Notes: a model not told the origin generated them from the letters alone. A stretch of 64,000 bases of DNA from Candidatus Poribacteria bacterium (GCA_965198175.1 OZ240245.1:4064001-4128000); one strand, 5' to 3'; shown: positions 40,180-52,054, counted from the stretch's first letter. Program-made: numbers and translations.

Positions 40180-40524
40180 ATGAAATTAACTCGCTATAGA
40201 ATCATCTGGGCTCCCCAAGCAGTCGTAATTCTCATGTTTCTGATCGCCTTTAAGCATCCCTATTTGAAATATACGTTCACCACTCCCAATGAATACCACC
40301 AAAATAACCTTCTTCACGTGCTCTGCTTTGCGGCGTTCGCCTACCTCGCCGTTCACGCTTACCTCCAAAAGAAACTCGATTGGGCGTGGGGCTTTGCGGT
40401 AACCGCCATTATTTACAATCCCATTAGCCCATTAGACTTTAGCCGCAGGCTATGGGACGGAGTCTACCTAGTCACCATTGGCTTGGCAGTGGTATCCATT
40501 AAAGCGCTAGCGCGCCCACGATGA
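40180..40524 (+). CDS. DUF6804-like small membrane protein
   Basis: AIIYNPISPLDFSRRLW motif; hydrophobic. Confidence 0.6.
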   Translation: MKLTRYRIIWAPQAVVILMFLIAFKHPYLKYTFTTPNEYHQNNLLHVLCFAAFAYLAVHAYLQKKLDWAWGFAVTAIIYNPISPLDFSRRLWDGVYLVTIGLAVVSIKALARPR

Positions 40525-40917
40525 TGAATCGCTGAGTTCGGTTGTATTGTACGCACTTTGCAAAAAATTTATGCACACGTCCGGGAGACGTTAAAAAGAA
40601 GACATTTACGCAAATACGAATTCAACCTTTAGGTTGTGCGTGCTAATTATAGTTGTCGCACGTTAATGATGTATTTGTTAATTATTTATTGCAACCGTCC
40701 CAATTTCGTGATTCCGGTATTACTGTATAAACGGAGAATTAAACCGTTGCGGATTGAAACAGATTGCCTTTTTATAGACACAAGTTACACAACTTTTTTG
40801 GGGAAAATCAGACAATTTTTGCCAAAGTTGACGTTTTACCGGTGGTGGGCTTAATCACATGATTAAACGTGTCTGAATTTCGGTTAAGTCATGGCTGGCG
40901 CGTTTTGTGGCATCCCT

Positions 40918-42864
40918 TCACTCAATCAGAATCTTATAGGTCGGAATTTGGAAGGTAATCCCGATGATGCTCCAAATAGCGCCGATTATATAGTCGCCGA
41001 GGATTAGACCGGCGAAGAAGGGGATTGCTTTTCGATAGACGCTCAGACCGCCGTACCGCAGGACGATAGTCTTAATCAGCCAACCGACGAGGATGGGGAA
41101 CCAGTAAAAATTCATATCGCCGCCCCATTGCCCTGTGCCGAGCACGTAACCGATTGGATGAAGGTGCCACCAGAGAAACCGCATCTTCATGACTGTGAGG
41201 AACATGGTGAAACCGAATCCTATGCTCATAGCGGTCACGGCGAGATAGTCGGCATCCGTGAGATGAGTCAGTCGTTTTTCTAGGCTATTGAATCCCCAAG
41301 CCATTGGCAATCGTGTGTGATATGCACCGAGCCCGCCGAAGTCATAGGAGAGTTGAAGGTACGTGACAAAAGTCAGCGGTACTCCGACCGCAAGCGCGAC
41401 TAACATCGCCATGAGAAGGCGTCTGCTATTTATCCCTGCTTGTCGACCGATGTGAAACGCTTCGAGTTGATTGGGCATCGGATGGGCTGTGTTGACGCGG
41501 TTCAACCAGAAAAAGAAGGATAGGATGGTTAAGTTCCTCGCGCCAATGACGCGCGCTCCGAGGACGGAAGCCATTATGGTCCCGGGATCTTTTCGATACA
41601 TTTCGTGGATGGGCGGTCCTAGCCCAGCCCGGACCTTTGTCAGAGCAATCGCGACAATAAAGTAGATGCCAAAAAAGACCGCAAGCGTCCAAACCGAAGC
41701 CCCGGCTTTGTAGCCAAAGAGCGTGATAAAGAGCAAGCCTACTATCATTCCCCAAACGGCATATCGATACGGCATTGGCTCGGACGAATCATCTATCGCC
41801 CTCGTTGATCCGGGACGTTTGTCGGGCGCCAGATGCGTAAAGACACCCTTCAGGTGTCGACGGCTAATCCATAAGGCGAGCAGCCCTAGCCCGATCCATC
41901 CACCCTGCGATTGCTCGTCAAGATAGGGGTTTGTATACCACCCTGTCGCGCTGCACACGACGAGTTGGATTTTCCCCAAAAAGTAAAAGAACAACGCAGA
42001 GAAAGCTAGATCGAGCGGTAGGAAAAAGGAGAGACCGACGACCGAGGGCCACACCGAAAAAAGGACACTGCCAACAGCGTCCCACGGTTTTTCCTGGAAC
42101 AAGCCAGAGAGCACTTGTTGCCCCACAGGTATAGAAGGGAAGACTGGATACAGAAAATGAATACCGTTGACGACCTCAATCCCGCCGGCGATACCGAATC
42201 CCATCCACATCAGACGGTTACGAAAGAAGAGCACTGGATTGCGGCCCATCTCCAGCGGCAGTTGGGCGATAGGATAGGTCAATCGCTCGTGGTTTGTGAA
42301 CTGCCTTCTGAGAATCACATTCATACAGATTAGGACAAAGTAGAGGACAAGTATAAAGCCAGACCAAGTGAGCGCTGGAATCAGCCATCCATAGACGTTT
42401 TGGGCGAGAAAAAAGGATGATTCCCCTTCATAAAAACCGCGTAGCACATTTTTGTCGCGGACGGCGAACCAACCGGGGATATGTGGATTGAAAAGGCGCA
42501 TCCAATCATTTTCTGCCGTGGCGAACCAGAAGGGATGCGCTAAATGGTATACCAGATAGCCCATATTTGTGTTTCCACCGAGCGTGGAAACCATGAGGAG
42601 CATCACATAGATTACGAAGAGTTCGGCGTTGTGGAGTGCATGCCGAGGGAGTGCTCGTTTCAACAAGAGATTCAACAGAACCAGCACGAATAGGCAAAAA
42701 ACCGTATTGACAAATAACGAGATGTAGACGTGCAACGCCCGACCGCCCCACGCCGCTTCATTGAGCCAGTATGCGTTTAGAACCATCAGAACAACTCCGA
42801 GACTCAGTGCTCTGAGGGTCAGACCTCGTGGCATCCTAGCGTCCGTTTGAGGCGGCTGTTTCAT
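40918..42864 (-). CDS. DUF6785/DUF6784-like polytopic membrane protein
   Basis: ERLTYPIAQLP, HPMPNQLE, WWHLHPIGY, PFFAGLILGD. Confidence 0.75.
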   Translation of the reverse strand: MKQPPQTDARMPRGLTLRALSLGVVLMVLNAYWLNEAAWGGRALHVYISLFVNTVFCLFVLVLLNLLLKRALPRHALHNAELFVIYVMLLMVSTLGGNTNMGYLVYHLAHPFWFATAENDWMRLFNPHIPGWFAVRDKNVLRGFYEGESSFFLAQNVYGWLIPALTWSGFILVLYFVLICMNVILRRQFTNHERLTYPIAQLPLEMGRNPVLFFRNRLMWMGFGIAGGIEVVNGIHFLYPVFPSIPVGQQVLSGLFQEKPWDAVGSVLFSVWPSVVGLSFFLPLDLAFSALFFYFLGKIQLVVCSATGWYTNPYLDEQSQGGWIGLGLLALWISRRHLKGVFTHLAPDKRPGSTRAIDDSSEPMPYRYAVWGMIVGLLFITLFGYKAGASVWTLAVFFGIYFIVAIALTKVRAGLGPPIHEMYRKDPGTIMASVLGARVIGARNLTILSFFFWLNRVNTAHPMPNQLEAFHIGRQAGINSRRLLMAMLVALAVGVPLTFVTYLQLSYDFGGLGAYHTRLPMAWGFNSLEKRLTHLTDADYLAVTAMSIGFGFTMFLTVMKMRFLWWHLHPIGYVLGTGQWGGDMNFYWFPILVGWLIKTIVLRYGGLSVYRKAIPFFAGLILGDYIIGAIWSIIGITFQIPTYKILIE

Positions 42865-43037
42865 AAAATCTTTCCGGCGGCAGCTACGGTGTTTCTACGT
42901 TGCGAGACGGGACTATTGTTATCTTGTAGGATATAGAAGGGAGGCAGTCGTATGACCTCATTATCTTGGAGGAATAGCAGGGAAAGGAAGAGTACGTTTG
43001 GCTTTGTTTCTCTTTTGCGCGTCCGCTGTATGCTGGT

Positions 43038-44090
43038 TTACCCGCGTTCGACGATGATGGTCTCTTCTTCCAATTCCGGCGCCAGCACTCTAATTCCCCT
43101 GTCGGTCGGCATCAAGGAAGCAGGTTGAGTACGGCTAGGGCGATTGGAGTAGAGATCCGGGCGGTTCGCGGCGCAGGGGGTACCGAATCGCGGCTGCGCA
43201 TAGGGCAGGTGTGTCGATCCGCGTGCAAGGATATGCAGATAGTTTGCCGATTCGCCTTCGTAGGAGTTTTCCTTGTAGTTCCACGGTACGAGCGAACGCG
43301 CGTTGCAGTAGTGACCGACAAACGTGTGGCGTGATTGCGTTTTGGATAGGTTGACATGTGAACGGTGCAAGATGTGACCGTTGAAAAAGACCATATCCCC
43401 GGGTTGAGCTTCAACTTTTACTTCCTGCCCAGCATACTTGCGCGCCACCCGTGCTAGACGATTGACCGATTCATCGGGATGGCTAGCGGCTGCAATTGGC
43501 TCGATATCACGCAACCCCCAGTCTCCATTCTCGGTGACCCCATCCAGGTCCGGGTAGATAGGCTCACACTGAGACCCCGCGACCATCCACATGCACCCGT
43601 TCTCCTCAGTCGCTGGCTCAAGCGCGAGCCATGCCCCACACAATGTGTCCGGGAGGGTCGGGATGTAATAAGAATCCTGATGATAGCCCTGACCGGGTTG
43701 TCCGGGCTGTTTGAAGAACAGCATCGACTGTAGCGCGAGGACATCCGGACCGATTATCGCCTTGAGCACGCCGAGGATGCGAGGGTGGAGCAGATAACGC
43801 TCGTGAATCGGCGAAACCCGGTGTAGCATATGAACTCGTTCCCAGTAGCTGGCAATTTCATTGGCTGACAGGTGTGAAGGCGCCGGCTGGACGCCGGGAA
43901 ACGACTCACACCCTGCCAGCACGTCGTCCATGTGATCGTTGAGTTCTTGTACATCATCGTGTGAAATTAAGCCACGCACTATCAAGAACCCGTGCTCTCG
44001 AAATGCAGTGTACTCATTAACGCTAACGCCGTAGGGTGTGTAAGTGCGGCTTTGAGACTGTAGAAGGGGGTTTTGGTCTATGCTAACCAT
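43038..44090 (-). CDS. Phytanoyl-CoA dioxygenase (PhyH) family protein
   Basis: YHQDSYY, GDMVFFNGHILHRS. Confidence 0.9.
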   Translation of the reverse strand: MVSIDQNPLLQSQSRTYTPYGVSVNEYTAFREHGFLIVRGLISHDDVQELNDHMDDVLAGCESFPGVQPAPSHLSANEIASYWERVHMLHRVSPIHERYLLHPRILGVLKAIIGPDVLALQSMLFFKQPGQPGQGYHQDSYYIPTLPDTLCGAWLALEPATEENGCMWMVAGSQCEPIYPDLDGVTENGDWGLRDIEPIAAASHPDESVNRLARVARKYAGQEVKVEAQPGDMVFFNGHILHRSHVNLSKTQSRHTFVGHYCNARSLVPWNYKENSYEGESANYLHILARGSTHLPYAQPRFGTPCAANRPDLYSNRPSRTQPASLMPTDRGIRVLAPELEEETIIVERG

Positions 44091-44124
44091 GACACTCTCC
44101 TTTCATGTAAAGCAGAGCGACGCT

Positions 44125-44461
44125 TACCTCAATACCGTAAGCAGGCGTTCCATCTCCGCATCGCCGAGCGCTTCGAGTCTTTGCTTGCGTTCAAGATTGA
44201 ACTCCGATTCCAATCCATGTAATTGAGCGCTACCGGTAGATAGTCCGTGCGAGTAAGCGAGGATTAATAGGGTTCGCGGTTCAGTTTTGTCGTGTTCTTC
44301 TGTTTCTGCGATTTTTTTAGAGGTTCAACGGCTTCAAGTGCAAGTCCGGCATTAAGCAGTTTCCCACGTCCGGCTTTGAGATGGTCGACTTGCTGTTTTT
44401 GTTGACAGCCGATGCCAACAAACCATACGAAGAGTACAGATAGCGCAACCAACTTTCTCAT
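44125..44461 (-). pseudogene. Frameshifted, truncated lipoprotein
   Basis: Lipobox GIGC; shift at an A-run near 44315 continues as AETEEHDKTEPRTLLILAYSH... Confidence 0.5.
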
Positions 44462-44831
44462 GTTTTAGATTTCTTAACAAAAATATCAAGCAAATTTTTT
44501 TTACAAATTAAATGATAGCATACTACCCAAAGCGAAAATATTGTATCAGAAATCTGCGCTGTGTCAAGTAAAAAGCGAATGCGCACGACGCAGCCCGTTA
44601 GAGATGATTTACCTGAAACGAAACACATTTAGGAATCTTGTTGCTCGCGTCTCGAAAATGTCGGATGTAGGCGTTAACTCAATTGTGAGCCACGTCGTGC
44701 AATTCCAGCACTGTATTGGAGGTTGAACATGTAGATACATTCTGATATAATTAGGATTTATGAACTTCCGTTTGGCGCAGCGCATTTAGACAGCGGTTGA
44801 CATCTAACGAGGAGGCTGACGGGAAATTGAA

Positions 44832-46007
44832 ATGCCAGCGATCCAATTGACGCAATTCAGGTTTCACGCTTCGCGTTTCACATTCTATATTTGTTTGGCA
44901 ATCGCACTATTGAGTTTCAATGCAGATTTCGGAGGCGCGCAGGCAGGCACTTCCAAATTCTTGGATGTGATGAGCGGCGAATCCGATGCGGGATTCGCGC
45001 GCGCGTTAGAGCCAATGGAATTTCAATTTCCGCGAGACCATGGACCCCATCCTCACTATAAAATCGAGTGGTGGTATTACACCGGCAATCTGCACACCGA
45101 TGGTGGGAAAGATTTTGGCTATCAACTGACCTTCTTCCGCTTTGCTCTAGCGCCTAAGATGCCGGAACGACCATCGAACTTTGCGACCAATCAGGTGTAT
45201 ATGGCACACTTTGCACTGACAGATGCGCCGCACGGAGCGTTTCACAGCTTTGAACGCTTCAGCCGGGGTGCATGTGGACTCGCGGGGGCAACTGGCGAAC
45301 CGACCTATTCGGTTTGGCTGGAGGACTGGTCAGCGCGAGAGACAGATTTGGGCGTCGTACGGTTATCAGCAGTCGATGATCAAACAGACCCCAGAACGGC
45401 GATCCATCTAACGCTACAGGAAACACGACCAACCGTACTACATGGCGATCGCGGCTTAAACCAAAAGGGACCAGAGCCGGGCAACGCAAACTACTATTAC
45501 AGTCTTGTGGGCTTAAGTACCACAGGTTCTGTCACCATCAATGGTAAAAAAGAGGCGGTCAGGGGTATCAGTTGGATGGACCACGAGTTTGGCACGAGCG
45601 CGCTCGCCGTGGGTGTGGTCGGCTGGGATTGGTTTAGCTTACAGTTGGACAACGGTGCCGCGCTGATGCTCTACTGCTTTCGCCGATCAGATCGGTCATG
45701 TGATCCACGCACGTTTGAAGGCACATTAGCCTACCCCGATGGTAGGCAGGACACAATTAGACCAGGCGATTTTACATTGACCGCCACCGGCAACTGGACG
45801 AGCCAAGAAACCGGTATCACGTATCCTTCCGGCTGGAGAATTGCCCTTCCAAAATTGAATGGTCAGTTGTACATCGAACCGCTCATCACCAATCAAGAGT
45901 TGCACACTCTGATTACCTACTGGGAGGGCGCTGTGCGGGTCAAGGGACAGATTGGCGGTGCCCCAGTAAGTGGTTGGGGATATACTGAACTGACTGGCTA
46001 CGAATAG
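44832..46007 (+). CDS. AttH/CrtC-like lipocalin-domain protein
   Basis: FPRDHGPHP...[36 protein letters not shown]. Confidence 0.9.
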   Translation: MPAIQLTQFRFHASRFTFYICLAIALLSFNADFGGAQAGTSKFLDVMSGESDAGFARALEPMEFQFPRDHGPHPHYKIEWWYYTGNLHTDGGKDFGYQLTFFRFALAPKMPERPSNFATNQVYMAHFALTDAPHGAFHSFERFSRGACGLAGATGEPTYSVWLEDWSARETDLGVVRLSAVDDQTDPRTAIHLTLQETRPTVLHGDRGLNQKGPEPGNANYYYSLVGLSTTGSVTINGKKEAVRGISWMDHEFGTSALAVGVVGWDWFSLQLDNGAALMLYCFRRSDRSCDPRTFEGTLAYPDGRQDTIRPGDFTLTATGNWTSQETGITYPSGWRIALPKLNGQLYIEPLITNQELHTLITYWEGAVRVKGQIGGAPVSGWGYTELTGYE

Positions 46008-46084
46008 GCATTCGGTATAATACGATTTCAGGCTAGCAAATCGTTTTCGCCTAATCTTCAAAAACGAAGGAGGACTAACATCCG

Positions 46085-48904
46085 ATGAAACCGAGTCGAT
46101 GCGGACGCATTTTCTTCATGGCGACACTCATTGCCTTTCTCATGCTTTGGAAATGTGTCCTTTGGGCACAACACAAACCGCGAACGGAAGCGGAAAAGGC
46201 ACTGGCGGAAGATTTTGGCAGACGCGCGACAGCCACACTCAACGGAGAGATATTCTGGCCGGGTAAAGATTTGTCACAGGCAACTGTGCAAGTCTATAAG
46301 GATGAGAACCTGAAATCGTTATACACCGGCGTTACAGGGTTAATCGGCGGTGAGTTTAAAATCCGCGTAGAACCAGGACGTTACTATCTCGTTGCCTTCG
46401 TGGATTTGGATCGTTCAGGACAATTTGATATTGGCGACGGCATGGGCATTTTCGGTATTTTGGATTGGAATCATCCCGATCAGCGAAAACAGTTGGTTAG
46501 TGTCGAGGGCCACGATACGAGTAGTTGGCTTGTAATCCCCATCACAGCGAGAATGCAGAGTGTTAATAGAAAGGGAGTGCCGAGTGTTGATGGAAAGGGA
46601 AAGATTATTGCAGAATACGACTATCTCCCCATTCCACTGGTAGAATTTAAGAAGGAAGTGACAAAGATTACCTCCGGCATCAAGGGGCTGGTGGGGCGTA
46701 AGGGGAACAAATCATTCGAAAATGCCCTCGTCTTTGCATATACCGATCTGTCATGGAAATATCGAGCTGGGAGCGCAGGGATTGCAGACGATGGGAGCTT
46801 TACGCTTAAATTGACGCCGGGGAAGTATTACTTGATGGTAACCGTTGATGAAAATCGCACAAATCTTTTTGATTACGGCGATGAGCTTGGAATCTATGGG
46901 ATCGACGATCTCCGTAATCGCCGCGCATTCCCAGAGCCGATATTGGTGAAGGCAAACAGATTTACAAAAGATATTCGAATCGAGGTAACGGGGAAGCAGA
47001 CTGAAAGTGGGAAAATTGTCTCACTGGCGGAATTGGGCGCGGAAGCCCGTTCCACGACGCGCACAACTGAGCACGCAACGGCGATGGTGTCGGGCGAAGT
47101 CGTTTGGGCTGGGCAATCGCTCAAAGGGAGTGTAATCCAAGTTTACCAAGATCCGGCTCTGGTGAAAATCGTGAAACGGATTAATACCGATGAAAATGGA
47201 GGGTTCAACCTGCAACTCCCACCGGGTGACTACTATCTCATCGCAAATGTTGACGTGGATGGCGACGGTCGCTACAGTCAGGGAGATGGCATTGGTGCGT
47301 ATGGCAGTACCGATATGACCAATGTGCCGCCTTCCGCGCTAATGTTGAAACCGGCAACGAATCCCGACATCAAACTCCATGTGAGCGCCCGCTACAGATC
47401 GGACGGTCAACTCGAAGCGTTTCGGACGGAGGATCCCAATGACTTGAGCCAGGACACCGGAGGCAGAATTACGGGACGGATTATATGGACGGGACAAGTA
47501 TTCAAAGAAGGCATTCTGTCGCTTTCAGAAACACCCGATTTTGAATCGCCGATGGCAATTGCATTAAATCTGGAGGACGGTGGACGGTACGAAGTGTCGG
47601 TGCCGCCCGGTGGGTACTATCTGATGGTGGTTGTAGATGTTGACGGAGATCGCAAGGCGGGCTTGCAGGACGGTGTTGGCATCTACGGCACACGGTATCC
47701 CGTGCGAGGGAAACCGCAATTGGTTTCCGTGTTTGTTGGACACACCACACCCTATGTTGACATCGAAATCTTCGCCTTGTATATCGACGAAGAGGGTAAC
47801 ATGGCTGAGATTGAAGATGGACACCGTTCAGAAATTACGCTCCGGTACGGCGATCCGGAAGATGTATTTAACTTCACTCGTTTTGGACGCGAAATCGAAC
47901 AGTGGTGGTACTGGACACAGGGCGTCGGTTTCAGCTTTGAAGCGATCGGCGGGGGCTGGAGGTTGCAAGATCACAAAGATTTTGAACCGAAAAAGGTCAC
48001 TGCCCAAATGCTAAAAGAACTCGAAGCGCAATCGGAAAAATCGGGGGATGAGAGTACGAACCTAGAATCCGAACCTCTCCACTCCAACGAAGAGAGCCAA
48101 CCGGAGTTAGGGCTGCTGAACGCGATTATCTACTATAGCTATGATGACATCATCTGGGGATACGCCCCAAACGGCACCTTGCAGCCGTTTGGGGCAGGCA
48201 GGCGTCCATCGGCTTCACTGGAAGATATACTCACCTATATAGACCTCGAAGGAAACGTCATGGTGCGCGATTTGAGCGGTGAGGAAGCAGGTTTGCTGCT
48301 AAGCAAGCGTGAACTGGCGTCAGACGCGGCGATCTCTCCGGACGGAAGGTACATCGCCTTCGCAAGGCGCAGTATAAATCGAAGCCGCATCTACATTCGA
48401 CATCTTCCCGGACAAGAGGAAATTCTTATTCCGTCAACAGCGAGAGAGATGTTTACCCCGACTTGGAATCGCAGTGGCGAACTGCTCGCATACAGCTCCA
48501 GAGGAAGTATTGAAAATCCAGAAGCGGGGAGCGACCGGAATATCTATGCCTACGATACGCTAACCCAGCGGCTTGAACCGATATGCATCAGTCCCGAAGA
48601 TGACGCGGAGCCGGCATGGTCTCCGTCCAATCCGAACGTTCTGGCTTTTTCCCGCGCCGAAGACGAGTTTCGTCAAATCTGGATTACTGAATTTAGTTCG
48701 GAGGGTGAACCAGCGGAAAAACAACTGACGCGCTACGGGGGTCAAAACCCGATCTGGCTGCCCGATGGCTCGATGATTCTCTATGAGAATAACGGTCAGC
48801 TTTGGATTGTCTCAAAGGACGGCTCGGAAAACCACCCGCTTCGGTTCAAGGGGAAAGTTGTCTACGGACACGAGCCGTATGCGATTCCTGTTGCTGCGCC
48901 GTAA
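46085..48904 (+). CDS. Secreted protein with repeated beta-sandwich/Ca-binding-like domains and a C-terminal TolB-like (PD40) propeller
   Basis: Four PG.YYL...D.D..G units; SPDG, PTWN, PAWSP repeats. Confidence 0.8.
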   Translation: MKPSRCGRIFFMATLIAFLMLWKCVLWAQHKPRTEAEKALAEDFGRRATATLNGEIFWPGKDLSQATVQVYKDENLKSLYTGVTGLIGGEFKIRVEPGRYYLVAFVDLDRSGQFDIGDGMGIFGILDWNHPDQRKQLVSVEGHDTSSWLVIPITARMQSVNRKGVPSVDGKGKIIAEYDYLPIPLVEFKKEVTKITSGIKGLVGRKGNKSFENALVFAYTDLSWKYRAGSAGIADDGSFTLKLTPGKYYLMVTVDENRTNLFDYGDELGIYGIDDLRNRRAFPEPILVKANRFTKDIRIEVTGKQTESGKIVSLAELGAEARSTTRTTEHATAMVSGEVVWAGQSLKGSVIQVYQDPALVKIVKRINTDENGGFNLQLPPGDYYLIANVDVDGDGRYSQGDGIGAYGSTDMTNVPPSALMLKPATNPDIKLHVSARYRSDGQLEAFRTEDPNDLSQDTGGRITGRIIWTGQVFKEGILSLSETPDFESPMAIALNLEDGGRYEVSVPPGGYYLMVVVDVDGDRKAGLQDGVGIYGTRYPVRGKPQLVSVFVGHTTPYVDIEIFALYIDEEGNMAEIEDGHRSEITLRYGDPEDVFNFTRFGREIEQWWYWTQGVGFSFEAIGGGWRLQDHKDFEPKKVTAQMLKELEAQSEKSGDESTNLESEPLHSNEESQPELGLLNAIIYYSYDDIIWGYAPNGTLQPFGAGRRPSASLEDILTYIDLEGNVMVRDLSGEEAGLLLSKRELASDAAISPDGRYIAFARRSINRSRIYIRHLPGQEEILIPSTAREMFTPTWNRSGELLAYSSRGSIENPEAGSDRNIYAYDTLTQRLEPICISPEDDAEPAWSPSNPNVLAFSRAEDEFRQIWITEFSSEGEPAEKQLTRYGGQNPIWLPDGSMILYENNGQLWIVSKDGSENHPLRFKGKVVYGHEPYAIPVAAP

Positions 48905-48990
48905 TGGGCGAAGGAGATAACGAGAACTGTTGCGAGTCCATCCCACGCTTCAGCGTGCAAGCTCGATAGATTTCTTTGATACATCTTGTT

Positions 48991-50343
48991 TCAAGCATCA
49001 CGTTTAAGGTTAAATTGCCGCATCTTACGATGCAGATTTGTACGTTCAATACCGAGCTGTTTCGATGTCTCGGTGATGTTCCAATCGTTCGCCTGCAGGC
49101 AATTGAGGATAAAACGCCCCTCAAATTCACGTCGGGCGTCTCTTAGCGGCGATTGGGTACTGATGCCATCTGCGTCAGTATAAAGCAATTCCTCGGGGAT
49201 ATCGTCAGCGTTGATGTGTTGTTGTGGACATAAGATGACAAGTCGTTCGATGAGGTTGCGGAGTTGACGGACATTGCCGGGCCAATCATACCCACGGAGA
49301 ATAGTCAACGCTGGTTCGGTGAATGCCATTTCAGGTTTGCGGTGTTCTTGACAAAATCGATTTAGAAAGTAATCAACGAGCAGGGAAATATCTTCTTTTC
49401 TTTCTCGTAAAGATGGAACATGAATGGGCACAACATTCAATCGGTAGTAAAGGTCTTCCCGAAAGGTACGATTCCCGATTGACGCTCTCAGGTCTTGGTT
49501 GGTGGCTGAGATAATGCGGACATCAACGTGAATCGTCTTTTCACCACCGACGCGCTCGAATTCTTGATACTCAATCACACGAAGTACCTTTGCCTGAGTT
49601 GATGGGCTCGTATCACCAATCTCGTCAAGGAAGATAATACCCCCATCGGCTTGTTCAAATTTCCCAATGCGCTGATTTGAGGCGCCTGTAAACGCACCAC
49701 GCTCATGACCAAAAAGCTCCGACTCGATCAGTTCATCTGGAAGCGCAGCACAGTTCACCTTAACTAGAGGGGCTTGATTGCGGGAGCTAAGTTTGTGAAT
49801 GGTGTCCGCAATGAGCTCCTTACCAGTACCACTTTCGCCCGTGATAAGCACCCTCCCGCTTGTCGGGGCAATTTGCCGAATCTTCGCCATAATCGCTTGC
49901 ATTGCGTGGCTGTTCCCGATCATTGGAGGTTTAAAAGCTCCGTTCGCCTGCGATTGCCTGACCTCAAATTTCTGAATCCCCTGCTCAACCTTCTTCAGAA
50001 CCGTGTCTAACGAAAGGGGTTTGCCCAGAAAATCGAGCACGCCCAGTTTTCCGGCTTCCAATGCAAGATCGAATGTCCCGTGTCCAGTAATCATGATGAC
50101 TTCTGTGTCTGGGGACAGTTGTTTAATCTTCCGCAGCGTCTCGATTCCATCAATTCCACCCGGCATCAGAATATCTAAAAACACCAGATTGATTTGTCCG
50201 TCCGCAACGCAGCGAAGCCCTTCCTCGCCGCTAAGGGCGGTCTCAACAGAATATCCTTCGTCGTCTAAGGCACCTTGCAAAGACTCGCAGATGCTGGGTT
50301 CATCGTCAATGATAAGGATGTTCAGTTCAGTTTGTTGCCTCAT
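48991..50343 (-). CDS. Sigma54-dependent response regulator (NtrC/NtrX-like)
   Basis: Receiver IIDDE; GESGTGKE, GAFTGA, WPGNVRQL; Fis HTH. Confidence 0.95.
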   Translation of the reverse strand: MRQQTELNILIIDDEPSICESLQGALDDEGYSVETALSGEEGLRCVADGQINLVFLDILMPGGIDGIETLRKIKQLSPDTEVIMITGHGTFDLALEAGKLGVLDFLGKPLSLDTVLKKVEQGIQKFEVRQSQANGAFKPPMIGNSHAMQAIMAKIRQIAPTSGRVLITGESGTGKELIADTIHKLSSRNQAPLVKVNCAALPDELIESELFGHERGAFTGASNQRIGKFEQADGGIIFLDEIGDTSPSTQAKVLRVIEYQEFERVGGEKTIHVDVRIISATNQDLRASIGNRTFREDLYYRLNVVPIHVPSLRERKEDISLLVDYFLNRFCQEHRKPEMAFTEPALTILRGYDWPGNVRQLRNLIERLVILCPQQHINADDIPEELLYTDADGISTQSPLRDARREFEGRFILNCLQANDWNITETSKQLGIERTNLHRKMRQFNLKRDA

Positions 50344-50410
50344 AACGTCCCTCGCAATCGAGATGAGTACCAAGACAAGATTGATATATCAGGAATGGGG
50401 ATCGACTGAC

Positions 50411-50560
50411 CGATCAACCGAGTGAATAACGAGGGATCAAGCGAACGAATAGTGAGTGCGATAGTTCTTCATAGAAATCTTAGGCGATAGTCTTCACCGA
50501 CAGAAACCATCGCCATCCCTATTCGCTCCTTTGATCGCTCCCTATTCAGTCGCTTGATCG
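50411..50560. repeat. Long imperfect inverted repeat
   Basis: ~57-bp arms (GATCAA.CGA.TGAATA..GAG.GATCAA...) around a ~35-nt spacer. Confidence 0.65.
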
Positions 50561-52054
50561 TCGAGTCATTTGCGCGGTCGCCAGCGGAATATTCGTCACG
50601 TATCGTTCGATGCCTTTGGCAATTGCCCGGACAATTTTACGCTGGTACGCCTTGGTAACGAGTTTTCTACCTTCAGTTGAATTGGACAGAAATCCAATTT
50701 CAATGAGAACCGACGGAACTTTTGTGCCAATCAGGACAACAAAGGGCGCATGCTTCACACCGCGATTCCTCGCACCCGTTGAGACTACCAGTTGTTCTTG
50801 AATAAACTCTGCGAGGCTGCGGCTTTCTGAACTCTTGCTCTCCTTGAGAATATCTGCCACCAGTTTATCGAGTGCTTGAATACTATAATTCGCTCCGGCG
50901 TTTTCTCGTGCGGCTGTGATTCGCGCGGATTCATCAGAAGCGAGAGCAAGATAGTAAGTCTCGATTCCTGATGCGCCGGCGCTGTGACTGGAATTGGCAT
51001 GAATACTGATAAACAGATCGCCTTGACCCTTCGTCGCAAATTGTGGTCGATTTTCGAGCGGGATATAGACATCAGTCTCTCGGGTCATCCGAACATGATA
51101 CCCTTTTTCGACCAAGAGATCGCGAAGCATTTTTGAGATGCCTAGCACAATCCTTTTTTCCCGCCCTGCCCGACCAACCGCGCCCGGATCTTTACCGCCA
51201 TGACCGGGATCGATGATAATGGTCTTGACATCAAGTCCAAGTTGTTGAATCAACGACGGATTGGAGATTGGCTTAAGGCGAGCAGCCACCTTATTGTCAG
51301 GCGGAGGCGCTGTTTTCACTATTACTGGCGCCTTTTTTGATTGTTGTAATTCAGGAAGTTCTCGCTTTCGCTTGGTGGGTTTGTGAGACAAACCGCTCGG
51401 TTTAGAAGCAGCACTCTCTTTCGACTGTAGAGCGGCAATGCGTTCCTTGGCTTCGGCGACAATCTGAGGGTTCTGACTCCGCTCAGAGAGGGCTTGGTAT
51501 GTGGTCATTGCTAAGGTAAAGTGACGTTGACGCTCATAAGATTTGCTGAGTTGTAACTGGGCTTCATCGACGATTGGCTGATCGAGGTATCGGCTAATCA
51601 CGGTCTGATAGTATGTCGTAGCCCGATTAAGCTCGCCGAGAAGTGCATAGCAATGCCCCAGCCAGTAGTGCGCTTCAGGGACGTGCTGCGACTCCGGATA
51701 ATCTTGAAGCAACTTCTGGAACGCACCAATCGCCCGTTCAATCGGCGGCAACTCTCCGTTCTGTCTCAACCACATCCAGCAGGAACCAATCGCGTATTGT
51801 GCATCGTCCGCCCATTCACCTTTTACATCTGCGTTGATGATGCGCTGGAATTCGTCAATCAAGGACAACCACGCCTGATTAGATGCTGGGACTCGCCCGT
51901 AAGCCATTTGCTGATGCCTATTTGAAGCTGCCGAATACGCCGCCGATGCGGAGTCGATTTCGGGAGAATGCATCTCGGGAGTATGGCCCGATCGAGCACA
52001 AGAAAATGCCAGTGAAGCGAATAATATGAGAGCGGATATATATACTTTTTGCAT
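50546..52054 (-). CDS. N-acetylmuramoyl-L-alanine amidase (Amidase_3) lipoprotein with N-terminal TPR region
   Basis: IDPGHGGKDPGA, FISIHAN, SVLIEIGFLSN. Confidence 0.93.
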   Translation of the reverse strand: MQKVYISALILFASLAFSCARSGHTPEMHSPEIDSASAAYSAASNRHQQMAYGRVPASNQAWLSLIDEFQRIINADVKGEWADDAQYAIGSCWMWLRQNGELPPIERAIGAFQKLLQDYPESQHVPEAHYWLGHCYALLGELNRATTYYQTVISRYLDQPIVDEAQLQLSKSYERQRHFTLAMTTYQALSERSQNPQIVAEAKERIAALQSKESAASKPSGLSHKPTKRKRELPELQQSKKAPVIVKTAPPPDNKVAARLKPISNPSLIQQLGLDVKTIIIDPGHGGKDPGAVGRAGREKRIVLGISKMLRDLLVEKGYHVRMTRETDVYIPLENRPQFATKGQGDLFISIHANSSHSAGASGIETYYLALASDESARITAARENAGANYSIQALDKLVADILKESKSSESRSLAEFIQEQLVVSTGARNRGVKHAPFVVLIGTKVPSVLIEIGFLSNSTEGRKLVTKAYQRKIVRAIAKGIERYVTNIPLATAQMTRRSSD

